A program made the position numbers and the translations under genes. Shown piece after piece: positions 8,557 through 17,390 of a stretch of 42,544 nt of DNA. The stretch is taken from positions 1 to 42,544 of the forward strand of contig NYZG01000444.1 of assembly GCA_002687025.1 (NCBI GenBank), given 5' to 3'. Source of the DNA: Candidatus Poribacteria bacterium (GTDB lineage: Bacteria; Poribacteria; WGA-4E; GCA-2687025). How positions within the stretch are numbered: the stretch's first letter is position 1; every line of letters begins with the position of its first letter. The notes beneath the pieces were generated by a model. It made no database searches. It was not told the DNA's origin and saw only the letters and a program-made list of their open reading frames with translations.

Positions 8557-9039
8557 AGTGCGACGGTGACGGCGACGGTCAATCGGAGAACGTGTCATCG
8601 CGAAATCGGCGTACATTACCGAGCCCGCGGATGCACGCGTTCCCTCCGAGCAACGCCGCCACTCTTACAAGATGCACGCAGAGGGCGTGTGGTTACGGTG
8701 GATTGCTCCAGGCGCCGTCGTCTGTGCGAGAGCCCCCTGTGACGATCGCGCCGCGCGGAACGCGTACTTGGACGACGCCGCGTACGCGATCTACGGGTGC
8801 CCGCAGGGCATCTGGGAACGCCCCGAGCGGCAGATCCACGATCGACGTCGCGGAGCCGGCCCGCGCCGGACGTTCCAACGTGAAGCCTGAGCGCGTGACG
8901 TGCGCTGAGGGCCATCCCGTTGCAGAATACCGGGCCGGTAGGAGCCGCCCGGATGACAGAGGGCCCGCCCGCGAAGTCGTCGCTTCCGGCTGCCTCCGGC
9001 GATGGGGACACGCCACGTAGCGCATGCGAGGAGGAATAC

Positions 9040-9789
9040 GTGCCGCAGGATAGGCGCGCGCCGAAGGTCGTGAGCGAAGCGGACGTCCAGTCCTACGAGG
9101 AGCAGGGATATCACCTGGGTCGCGGCGTGCTCGCCGCGGACGAGTGCGACGAGATCATCGGGCGGGCCGAGGAGCTACACGCGAGGAAGCACGTACCCGG
9201 CTGCTTCCGCGCCGCGGACGTGGACGAATCCGACGGCGATCCTCTCCGCGTGTACCCACGCATGATGCACCCGCATCGCGTCGACGACCGATGCCTGCAC
9301 TACCTCACGCATCCGAGCGTCGTCGCGATTCTGCGCGACCTGCTGCGCGACGGCGTGACGGCGCTCCAGAGCATGTTCTACTGGAAGCCGCCCGGCGCCC
9401 GTGGCCAGGCGTACCACCAGGACGACTTCTACCTACAGACGAAGCCCGGCGCCTGCATCGCCGCGTGGACCGCCCTGGAACGCATCGACGCGGAGAACGG
9501 CGCGCTGCGCGTGTTCCCCGGCTCGCACGCTGAGGACATCCTCGACATGCTTCCGACGAACACGGCGTTTTCGTTCACGTCCGAGGCCGTGACCCCTCCG
9601 GCGCAGTACGCGAACACGCTCGTCGAAATGGACAAGGGCGACGTCCTGTTCTTCGACGGAAGGCTGATACACGGTTCATTGCCCAACGTGTCCGACGAGC
9701 GCTTCCGCCGCGCGTACATATGCCACTACATCCCGGAATCTGCAGCTTCATACAACCACGGTTACGATCCGGCGATACCGCTGCGCTAG
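9040..9789 (+). CDS. Phytanoyl-CoA dioxygenase (PhyH) family Fe(II)/2-oxoglutarate oxygenase
   Basis: HxD motif in AYHQDDFY and a distal His in LIHGSLPN. I prefer GTG 9040 because GAGGAGGAA sits at 9028-9036 and third-position GC drops upstream. The ORF also allows ATG 8920 or 8953. Confidence 0.8.
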   Translation: MPQDRRAPKVVSEADVQSYEEQGYHLGRGVLAADECDEIIGRAEELHARKHVPGCFRAADVDESDGDPLRVYPRMMHPHRVDDRCLHYLTHPSVVAILRDLLRDGVTALQSMFYWKPPGARGQAYHQDDFYLQTKPGACIAAWTALERIDAENGALRVFPGSHAEDILDMLPTNTAFSFTSEAVTPPAQYANTLVEMDKGDVLFFDGRLIHGSLPNVSDERFRRAYICHYIPESAASYNHGYDPAIPLR

Positions 9790-9831
9790 CGGCGACGCGT
9801 TCAGCCGCCCGAGCACTTGGAAGGAACACCC

Positions 9832-10974
9832 ATGTCCGACAGCCCCGCGCGCGTAGGCATCATCGGCTGCGGCACGATCAGCGCGACGTATCTCGGTAAC
9901 GCGCCCAACTTCCCGTCCTACGACATCGTCGCGGTGTCCGACCTGCGTCTCGACGCGGCCCAGGCGCGCGCCGAGGAATTCGGCGTCGACAAGGCGTGCA
10001 CGCCGGACGAGTTGCTCGCCGACGACGACATCGACATCGTCATCAACATCACTCCGCACTCCGCACACGGGGCGGTCGGCATCGCGGCGCTGGAGGCCGG
10101 CAAGAGCGTCTATATCGAGAAGCCGATGGCCGTCGCCCTCGAAGACGCTCAACGCATGATGGACCTGTCCGCGGAGAAGGGCCTGCGAGTCGGCGCCGCT
10201 CCGGACACGTTCTTCGGCGGCACGTGGCAGACCGCGCGCGCGTTGATCGATGAGGGCGCCATCGGGGAGCCCATCGGCGGCTTCTCGTGCATCCAAATCC
10301 GCTCCGCTGGGCCGTGGCGCGAGGGCGATGCAGAGGCAGCCGCGAAGGCGAGCGAAGGCTATCGGAGCTTCTACGCCACGAACTTCTTCGAGTTTGGCGT
10401 CACGTGGCTATTCGACCGGGGGCCGTACTACCTGCACGCGCTCATCAACCTCCTCGGCCCGGTGGCACGCGTCACGGGATCGGCGCGGAACACGTGGCCG
10501 GAGCGCAGTCGGGGCGGGTCGAAGGTCCCGTGCGACACGCCGACGAACTTCTCCGGCGTCCTCGACTTCGCTAACGGCGCGCTGCTGACGTTCATCAACT
10601 CCTCCGATGTCGCGGGCATGGGGCTGCCGCACGTCGAGATATACGGCAGCGAGGGGTCGCTCCGCTGTATCGACCCGAACAACTTCGGCGGGACGCTCTA
10701 CCTGCGCAAGGCGGGCAGCCGCGAGGACGAACCCATCGAGCCGCGATTCCCGAATACCGACAACAAGCGCGGCATCGGCCTGGCGGACATGGTCGTGTCG
10801 TCGCGAGCGGGCAGGCCGCATCGGGCGAGCGGCGAGATGGGTCTCCACACCGTCGAGATATGCCACGCGCTGCACGACGCGTCCGCCGAGAACCGGCACA
10901 TCCACCTGAAGACGACGTGCGACCAACCGGCGGCCATGCCCGCCGGCCTCGCCGATTGGGAGGTCCCGGCGTAG
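9832..10974 (+). CDS. Gfo/Idh/MocA family NAD(P)-dependent oxidoreductase
   Basis: ARVGIIGCGTIS Rossmann motif; VYIEKPMA (EKP motif). ATG 9832 is preceded by GGAAGGAA. Confidence 0.9.
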   Translation: MSDSPARVGIIGCGTISATYLGNAPNFPSYDIVAVSDLRLDAAQARAEEFGVDKACTPDELLADDDIDIVINITPHSAHGAVGIAALEAGKSVYIEKPMAVALEDAQRMMDLSAEKGLRVGAAPDTFFGGTWQTARALIDEGAIGEPIGGFSCIQIRSAGPWREGDAEAAAKASEGYRSFYATNFFEFGVTWLFDRGPYYLHALINLLGPVARVTGSARNTWPERSRGGSKVPCDTPTNFSGVLDFANGALLTFINSSDVAGMGLPHVEIYGSEGSLRCIDPNNFGGTLYLRKAGSREDEPIEPRFPNTDNKRGIGLADMVVSSRAGRPHRASGEMGLHTVEICHALHDASAENRHIHLKTTCDQPAAMPAGLADWEVPA

Positions 10975-11130
10975 ACCACGTCACGTCACACCACGCCGCA
11001 GATGGGCGTGCAGGGCCGCGGCCGCGTGGTGTCCATTTGCCTCGCGGCGCTCGGGGGCGCTAGGGTTGTGTAGCTGACGCTACCGGCGCGCCTCGCGCGC
11101 CATCCGGTCACAAGTCTTGAGGAGTTCGGC

Positions 11131-11901
11131 ATGGCACTGAGATATATGGCAGTACGTGGTATGAGAAGGGCCCTGACGTTCGGGGCGATAGCGTGCCTCG
11201 CCACCGGCGCGTTTGCCCAGCAGTTCGTGACGGACGGACTCGTCACGATGTACACGCTGGACGAAGCGCACGTCGACGGCGACGTTATCACCGACATCAT
11301 CAGCGGCAACGACGGGAAGATCATGGGCGGCGGGCCGGCGTTCGTCGACGGCGTCATCAACGAGTGCGGCGAATTCGACGCCTCCGGCGGCTACATCGAG
11401 ATCCCCAACCTAGGCGACTGGACCTCCGTGACGCTCGAGTGCTGGGCTATGCAGCACGCATTCGCCGGCATCCAGGGCATCGTCTCAACGTGGGCCTGGG
11501 TCGCCGGCAAGGTCCACTTCAAGTTCCAGGACAACGAGATCCAAGTCGACAAGAACGCCGGCTCGAAGATCCGCATGACGGGGCCGGAAGAGAACGTCTG
11601 GTACCACATCATCTATACGTCGGACGAGGACTCCGCTGAACTGAAGCTGTACGTTGACGGCGAGTTCATCGCCGAAGGCGGTGGCGGGAACAACCCTGAG
11701 AACATGCAGGAGCGTCGCATCGGCAGCGAACACGACGGGCGCTTCCTGAACGGCAAGGTGGACGAGGTCCGCATCTACGACCGCGTTCTCACCGAGGACG
11801 AAATCGCCCAGAACTTCGAGGTGGACTCGAACACGCTCTCCGTCGATCCGGCGGGGAAGATCGCCATGACGTGGGGCCGCCTCAAGAACCTGGCCCGCTA
11901 G
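11131..11901 (+). CDS. Secreted LamG (concanavalin A-like lectin/glucanase) domain protein with C-terminal VDPAGK..TWG.LK tag
   Basis: GAGGAG 6 nt upstream of the ATG. Signal peptide ...ALTFGAIACLATGAFAQQ. LamG-type end: GKVDEVRIYDRVLTEDEI. Paralogous in layout to 38056-38814. Confidence 0.85.
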   Translation: MALRYMAVRGMRRALTFGAIACLATGAFAQQFVTDGLVTMYTLDEAHVDGDVITDIISGNDGKIMGGGPAFVDGVINECGEFDASGGYIEIPNLGDWTSVTLECWAMQHAFAGIQGIVSTWAWVAGKVHFKFQDNEIQVDKNAGSKIRMTGPEENVWYHIIYTSDEDSAELKLYVDGEFIAEGGGGNNPENMQERRIGSEHDGRFLNGKVDEVRIYDRVLTEDEIAQNFEVDSNTLSVDPAGKIAMTWGRLKNLAR

Positions 11902-11927
11902 ACCCGCGACCACGCAGACACGACGAT

Positions 11928-11961
11928 CGACGCGCTCCCGCCCGAAGGCGGGGGCGCGTCG
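11928..11961. terminator. Bidirectional hairpin terminator: 14-bp stem (one G-U pair) with a CGAA tetraloop
   Basis: GACGCGCTCCCGCC-CGAA-GGCGGGGGCGCGTC at 11929-11960, between the convergent stops at 11901 (+) and 12033 (-). No U-tract. Confidence 0.55.
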
Positions 11962-12032
11962 TCGCGTACGCACCCGTCGTGCGGCGCGGGCCTCCGCTGT
12001 CCCGGCCCATCGATCGCGGAGGCCGCCCGGGT

Positions 12033-12524
12033 TCAGATCCCGAGCAACTCGCACACGCGCTGTTTGACGCCGCGCCGCCCGGCATCCTCGCGGGCCGCAT
12101 GCAGCAGATCGAGAACCCGGTCGGTGGCCTCCAAGACCTTCCCTTCGGTGGATGGGGATAGCGAGGCGTGCAGGTCCGACTGCACCGCGGGTATGAGCAC
12201 GCTCCACGCCTCCGGCCGCCTTCCATGGCGCGCGCGGAACAGGGCGAGTAGCGATTCCGGCGAGTTGACGTAGTGTGTGGCGCCGGGTGATGGCACGTCC
12301 ACGACGGTCGTCACGCGCACGGGATCGTCTTCGTCGGCGTCGTAGGTTCCGACGAAGACGACGACGCCGACATCCGCCATCGCTTCCGCATGCGCCCTCG
12401 TGAGGTGTTCGACGCTGTATGTCCAAACGCCTGGGGCTTCGCGTAGCGCGACGGCATCGGCCACCGCCCGACCTGCCGCCCTGTCTCCTCGGATGTTGCT
12501 GCCGTAGCCGATGACCATTGCCAT
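12033..12524 (-). CDS. Hydrogenase maturation protease-like protein (HyaD/HybD/HycI family), orphan
   Basis: 163 aa from MAMVIGYGSNIRGDRAAGRAV... (family motif G.GN.LRGDDG.G), then an acidic DADEDDP stretch and a His in GATHYVNSPESLL. GGGAGAG lies upstream of ATG 12524. Assignment is by motif only. Confidence 0.55.
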   Translation of the reverse strand: MAMVIGYGSNIRGDRAAGRAVADAVALREAPGVWTYSVEHLTRAHAEAMADVGVVVFVGTYDADEDDPVRVTTVVDVPSPGATHYVNSPESLLALFRARHGRRPEAWSVLIPAVQSDLHASLSPSTEGKVLEATDRVLDLLHAAREDAGRRGVKQRVCELLGI

Positions 12525-12762
12525 GATTCTCTCCCGTCGGTCCCTCTGTGTAAGCAGTAGCCCGACGGCCGTCAGATCAGGCATGCCACGTTTGGGAACG
12601 TCCTCGGCGCCGTGACGGTCGGGGCGCATTCGGGAACGAAACGGGGGTCCGAGATCGTCGTGGGAGCGAAGTCCTGAGCCCGCGACCCAAGCAGCGCTCG
12701 CGTGAACCGCGCCGTCGCCGTACACTCGGCTTCGTAGAGCGACCCGGGTGGAGGAGCAAGCC

Positions 12763-13860
12763 GTGGACAGTGGCATCAAGGTGGCGGTCGTCGGTCTTGG
12801 GTTCGGGGCGTCGTGGGTTGCGACGTATCTGGATCATCCGGCGGTGGCCGAGGTGGCCATCTGCGATCCCGACGCCGACCTGCGCGCGCGCGTCGCGGAG
12901 CGCCATGGGATCGAAGCCGCGTTCGAGTCGTACGACGACCTGTTGCGCACGGGTCGCTACGACGCGGCGCACCTTCTGACGCCGATTCCTCTGCACGTCG
13001 AGCAGACGCTGGCGGCCCTGGACGCAGGGGTGCACTGCGCGTGCGCGATCCCGATGGCCATGAGCATCGCGGACCTGGAGCGGGTCGTGGCCGCGCAGGA
13101 CACATCGAGCGCGGTCTACATGCTCATGGAGACGGCCGTCTACTCGAATTCCGCTCTGTACGTGCGCGATCTGGCGGAGTCGGGCGCCTTGGGCGAGCTG
13201 CAGTTCCTGCGCTGCGCGCACTACCAGAACATGGAGGGCTGGCCGGACTATTGGAAGGACCTGCCGCCCATGTACTACTCGACGCACGCGCTCGGCCCCG
13301 TGCTCGCCGTGGCTGGGAGGCCCGCGGCGAGTGTGCAATGCCTGGGCTCGGGGCGCCTGCCGGACGACCTTCTGGGAGACTACGACAGCCCGTCGCCCGT
13401 GCAGACCGCGCTGGTGCGGCTGGAGGACTCGCCCGTGGTGTGTGAGGTGACGCGCTGCCTGTTCCAGATGACCCGCGGGTTCCAGGAGCGATTCGACGTG
13501 TACGGCGACCGGATGGCGTTCGAGTGGCCGCAGATCGACGGCGAAGACCCGGTCGTCTTCCGCGTGGAATCCGGGCCTCTGCCGCCGGGACGCAGAAGCC
13601 GCCCGACATCGGTTGAACGCGCGACGCTCCCGGACTTCGCCGACCGTGTCCCCGAGGAACTGCGAGGACATATCCGAGGCGGCACGGCCGGCAACTTCCG
13701 ACCGCACATGGTCCACGAGTTCGTATCCGCCGTCCTCGACCGGCGATTCCCCGCGATCGACGCGCGCGTCGCGGCGAACTGGACCGCGGTAGGCATCTGC
13801 GCCCACGAGTCCACCATGAATGACGGCGCCAGCGTGCCCATCCCGACGTTTGGAGCCTGA
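12763..13860 (+). CDS. Gfo/Idh/MocA family oxidoreductase (atypical; the EKP motif is replaced by AIPMA)
   Basis: IKVAVVGLGFGASW Rossmann motif. GGAGGAG lies 6 nt upstream of GTG 12763 (the ORF is open from 12748). Confidence 0.8.
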   Translation: MDSGIKVAVVGLGFGASWVATYLDHPAVAEVAICDPDADLRARVAERHGIEAAFESYDDLLRTGRYDAAHLLTPIPLHVEQTLAALDAGVHCACAIPMAMSIADLERVVAAQDTSSAVYMLMETAVYSNSALYVRDLAESGALGELQFLRCAHYQNMEGWPDYWKDLPPMYYSTHALGPVLAVAGRPAASVQCLGSGRLPDDLLGDYDSPSPVQTALVRLEDSPVVCEVTRCLFQMTRGFQERFDVYGDRMAFEWPQIDGEDPVVFRVESGPLPPGRRSRPTSVERATLPDFADRVPEELRGHIRGGTAGNFRPHMVHEFVSAVLDRRFPAIDARVAANWTAVGICAHESTMNDGASVPIPTFGA

Positions 13861-14864
13861 TGGCGACATTCCCCGTCGTGTCCTCGGTGGCCGATGAGGA
13901 TGCGTTGGCCGCCTGGGCGGAGGCCTCGTACGCGCTATCGTCGCCCGTGACGTGCCGCTACGAACGGCGCAGCATGAGCGACGCCTACCGCGTCGAATCC
14001 GGCGGCGACGCCTACTACCTCAAGGTCTACAGCCCCGGCCGTCACGATGCCGGGACCATCGACGCGGAGATTCGCTTCATACTCGATTTGCGCGGACGCG
14101 GCCTCCGCGTCGTCGAGCCGGTCGCCAAGGCCGACGGCGCCTACACAGCGGCATTGCCCATGCCCGAGGGGCCGCGGCAGGCCGCGCTGTTCCGGGCGAT
14201 CGACGGCGCAGAAGTGCACGAGGAGAACCCCGACCACTCCGCCGCGTTCGGCGAGCTGCTCGCCCGGATACATGCCGCGGGCGACGAATCCGACGACCGA
14301 TACGCGCGCTGGGAACTCGACGAACGGCGACTGGTCCACGAATCGGTCGACCTGCTCGCGGCTCACATGACCCATCGCCCCGACGACGAGGCGTTTCTCC
14401 GGGCCACCGGCGAGGAGATCGCCGACGAATTGTGCGGCCTGCTCCCGAAGACGCCCCCGTTCTACGGCATCTGTCACGGCGATGCGCACGCGGGAAACGC
14501 CCTACTCCCGGAGGACGGCCGCCCCATCCTGTTCGACTTCGACAGTTGTGGCTATGGGTGGCGCGCCCTCGACATCGGCGCGTACGCAGTGAGCTACGAT
14601 TGGATGGACCTCTCCGCGGAGATGAAGCGGAAGAAGGAGCGCGTCGTCGAGGCGTTGTTGGAGGGCTACGCTCGCGTACGCCCGATGGGTGATGCCGAAC
14701 GCGTGGCTATCGACCTGGCGGAGCCGATCCGCCACCTCGAGCTGCTGGGATTGGGCGTCCGCAACGCCTCCCGGCGAGACGGCATCGGATGGCTGGACGA
14801 CGACTTCATCGACACGCACATCGGCTGGTTGCGGCGGTGGCGGGGAGAGTACCGTGGTCTGTAG
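13860..14864 (+). CDS. Aminoglycoside/choline/homoserine-kinase-type phosphotransferase (APH family)
   Basis: Brenner motif ICHGDAHAGNAL and the Mg-binding motif LFDFDSCGYG. ATG overlaps the upstream stop (TGATG). Confidence 0.85.
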   Translation: MATFPVVSSVADEDALAAWAEASYALSSPVTCRYERRSMSDAYRVESGGDAYYLKVYSPGRHDAGTIDAEIRFILDLRGRGLRVVEPVAKADGAYTAALPMPEGPRQAALFRAIDGAEVHEENPDHSAAFGELLARIHAAGDESDDRYARWELDERRLVHESVDLLAAHMTHRPDDEAFLRATGEEIADELCGLLPKTPPFYGICHGDAHAGNALLPEDGRPILFDFDSCGYGWRALDIGAYAVSYDWMDLSAEMKRKKERVVEALLEGYARVRPMGDAERVAIDLAEPIRHLELLGLGVRNASRRDGIGWLDDDFIDTHIGWLRRWRGEYRGL

Positions 14865-14888
14865 GGTCGAGCCGACAGGAGGGAAGCC

Positions 14889-15548
14889 GTGAAGTATCCG
14901 CGTTGGGTTCTGATTCTCGCGTCGGCGGCCGCGCTCGCCAAGGGCCCGCCGCTGGTGGTGAACACCTACGACGCGGACTCAGGTGAGCTCGTCACGACGA
15001 CGACGCGCCAAACGACGCAGGTCTCCGCCACTTCCGCCGTGCTCATCACGAAGTGGCAGGACCATCGAGAGGGCAAGACCGGCACGCAGACGGTCCTGGT
15101 CGACGCGAACAGCAGCACGTTGAGCTGGAAGCTCACCGAGGACGGCGGAGATACAGACTACGTTGGCGAGCGCGACGGTGATACCGTGACGGTCCGTGGC
15201 TCGCTACGCGGGGAGGCAGTCGATAAGGAGCACGATGTCGGCGATCTGGCCTTCTACCACAGTCCCGCCGTCGGCCTGGAGGCGTTTGTCCGGTCCGGCG
15301 CCCAGAAGATCGAGTTCTACACGGTGCGCCCGGACGACCTCTCTTGCCACAAGATGAAGGCAGAGAGGAAGGATAGCGAAGAGATCACCGTCGGAGACGT
15401 CGACGTGCAGGCCGTTCGTGTGAAGTGGGGACTGACGGGCTTGCGATCGGCGTTCTACAAGCGCACGTTCTGGTTCAGAGAGGCCGACGGTGTGTTTCTG
15501 CGCTCGAACAAGTCCCGCGGCATATACTCCGAGCTCGTGCCCGGGTAA
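14889..15548 (+). CDS. Secreted hypothetical protein (219 aa)
   Basis: AGGAGGGA upstream of GTG 14889. Signal-like MKYPRWVLILASAAALAKG. Good G/C third-position bias. I recognise no family. Confidence 0.65.
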   Translation: MKYPRWVLILASAAALAKGPPLVVNTYDADSGELVTTTTRQTTQVSATSAVLITKWQDHREGKTGTQTVLVDANSSTLSWKLTEDGGDTDYVGERDGDTVTVRGSLRGEAVDKEHDVGDLAFYHSPAVGLEAFVRSGAQKIEFYTVRPDDLSCHKMKAERKDSEEITVGDVDVQAVRVKWGLTGLRSAFYKRTFWFREADGVFLRSNKSRGIYSELVPG

Positions 15549-15578
15549 TCCCGCGCGGCGCCGGGGAACCGTCGGGGG

Positions 15579-15607
15579 TTACCATGTACGTGAATACCGC
15601 ATACACT
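15579..15607 (+). promoter_or_regulatory. Candidate sigma70-type promoter: TTACCA-N17-TACACT
   Basis: AT-richer island 65-90 nt upstream of the receiver gene ATG (15672). 4/6 matches in both hexamers with a 17-nt spacer. The promoter consensus of this organism is unknown. Confidence 0.3.
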
Positions 15608-15671
15608 CGGAGGCTGCCGCCAACGCCGCGGACGCCACGCGAGCGAGAACGCGCGCAACAGGGGTCGAGGG

Positions 15672-16052
15672 ATGCCGCACACCATCCTGCTCATCGAGGA
15701 TGAGCCGGACATACAGACCGTCGTGAAGTTCGCGCTGGAGGCCACCGGCGGGCATGACGTCATCGTCGCGGACGACGGCTTGCAGGGCCTCGAGGCGGCC
15801 CGCACGGAGCGGCCGGACGTCATCCTCCTCGACGTGATGATGCCGCGCATGGACGGTCACGAACTCCTGTGGCTCCTCAAGGCCAGCGACAAGACCAGCG
15901 GCATACCCGTGATCTTCCTATCCGCCAAGGCCCAGCAGAAGGACGTGGAAGCCGGCCTCGACTTGGGGGCCGACGGCTACCTAACCAAGCCGTTCGACAG
16001 CCGAACCCTGAGCGACCAGGTAGACGCTATCGTCAAGAAGGCGCGCGGCTGA
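15672..16052 (+). CDS. Stand-alone response regulator receiver (CheY-like) protein
   Basis: ILLIEDEPD..., phospho-acceptor context ILLDVMMPRMDG, and conserved Lys in YLTKPF. 126 aa with no output domain. Confidence 0.93.
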   Translation: MPHTILLIEDEPDIQTVVKFALEATGGHDVIVADDGLQGLEAARTERPDVILLDVMMPRMDGHELLWLLKASDKTSGIPVIFLSAKAQQKDVEAGLDLGADGYLTKPFDSRTLSDQVDAIVKKARG

Positions 16053-16154
16053 CTCACGCTCCTCGACGCCAAGCGCCGCCCCGAAGCCGGCAGCTCGTCG
16101 CATGAAGCCGGTCCCGCCGGCCCCTCCGACTCGACGTCACTCGCGATCTTGCAT

Positions 16155-16928
16155 CTATGGCGCCGCCTTGCGGGTCGAGAGCATCTCGATGGTGAAGTCG
16201 GCCTCGAACCGGGCCGTTTCGCCGCGCGCTTCGGCGGCCTCGACGGCGCGTTCGATGCGCTCGACACCGCGAGCGTATTCGTCGTCGCTCAGCAGGGCCA
16301 GCTGCGAGCACGCGCCCTTCGCGAGGAACGGGTCCGTGAGCACGGCGCGCCCGAACTTGGGGTCGTGCGTGCGTTCCACGACGCTCAACTCCGGCGGGTT
16401 GAAGCCGGCGCGGGTCATCCATTCCGCCACCTGGGCCCATCGGGGAATGCGCGCGATGTCGCGCTCCCACACGCCGTCGAAGTACTCGAAGCCATACCAG
16501 CGGTCACGCCTGCCGTGGGGCGAGCCGCCCATAACGGCGAATCGCCCGCCGACTCGCAACACGCGATGCGCCTCGGCGATGGCCACGGCCGGGTCGCCGA
16601 AGTGGTGCAGCGCGTTCACACAGAACGCGAGGCCGAAGGTCTCGTCCGCGAACGGGACGGCGCACGCATCCGCGCAGACGCAGGGCGCCTCTCGGGCGCG
16701 GCCCTCGCGGAGCATGCCGGGCGACAGGTCGACGCCGTACGCCTGTACGCCGGCTTCGCGCAACACGTCCAACCAATGCCCCGTGCCGCAACCGAGTTCC
16801 ACAGCCCGGCGCACACCGGGGTCGGCGGCTAGCTGCCGTACGGCGTCGCGTCGCCCTTTGGCGCGGCCATCGTCGTAGCGGCGGCCGTACGAGGCCGCGA
16901 TCGCTTCGTAGTCGACGCGTCTGGGCAT
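16155..16928 (-). CDS. Class I SAM-dependent methyltransferase
   Basis: Motif I VELGCGTGHW, followed by AYGVDLSPGML and FCVNALHHF. Confidence 0.88.
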   Translation of the reverse strand: MPRRVDYEAIAASYGRRYDDGRAKGRRDAVRQLAADPGVRRAVELGCGTGHWLDVLREAGVQAYGVDLSPGMLREGRAREAPCVCADACAVPFADETFGLAFCVNALHHFGDPAVAIAEAHRVLRVGGRFAVMGGSPHGRRDRWYGFEYFDGVWERDIARIPRWAQVAEWMTRAGFNPPELSVVERTHDPKFGRAVLTDPFLAKGACSQLALLSDDEYARGVERIERAVEAAEARGETARFEADFTIEMLSTRKAAP

Positions 16929-16934
16929 GGCGGT

Positions 16935-17354
16935 TCAGGTCCGCGGCTGCGGCCAGTACCACCGCAGCAGTTCGAGGTGCGGTTCGAGCACGTCGGCGTT
17001 CTCGATCTCGGCCGGCGTCATCACACGCCAGTCCTGGCCCTCCATCAGCACGGCGCCGTGGAAGTCGTCGGTGACGGTGTAGGCGAAGTAGTGCCGATAT
17101 GCGCCTCCAGCCTTGCGTGTTGTCTTCAGCGGCCGTAACGCGTCGGGGCGAAGGGCGATGCCCAGCTCCTCGGCGATTTCTCGCACCGCGGCCTCCGCGG
17201 GCGTCTCGCCGGCCTCGATGCCGCCTCCGAAGAGGCCCCACTGGTTTCGGCCGAACAGCCCGGGCTTGTCGTCACGGTGCTGCATCGCGATGCTGCCGTC
17301 GGGGCGCTCAAGGACCACGATGGCCGCGCTGCGCACGTGCGGCGGGCTCGGCAC
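16935..17354 (-). CDS. NUDIX hydrolase
   Basis: Nudix box GGGIEAGETPAEAAVREIAEELGI. GTG start at 17354, 36 nt after the upstream stop. Confidence 0.9.
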   Translation of the reverse strand: MPSPPHVRSAAIVVLERPDGSIAMQHRDDKPGLFGRNQWGLFGGGIEAGETPAEAAVREIAEELGIALRPDALRPLKTTRKAGGAYRHYFAYTVTDDFHGAVLMEGQDWRVMTPAEIENADVLEPHLELLRWYWPQPRT

Positions 17355-17390
17355 GCTGTCGCTCCCGTGTTCCGCGCCACGCGTCGTCGG

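Noticed and set aside
8592-9025. Overlapping ORFs in the 8.4-9.0 kb gap (142 aa +, 131 aa -, 110 aa -, 72 aa +)
   Set aside because: They are mutually overlapping in several frames, have no RBS or motif, and have only intermediate third-position GC by hand count. I do not call them genes, but the gap itself is flagged as a finding.
12577-13869. 430-aa minus-strand ORF
   Set aside because: Antisense shadow of the Gfo/Idh/MocA gene (12763-13860). The composition is Arg-rich and low-complexity, with no recognisable motif.
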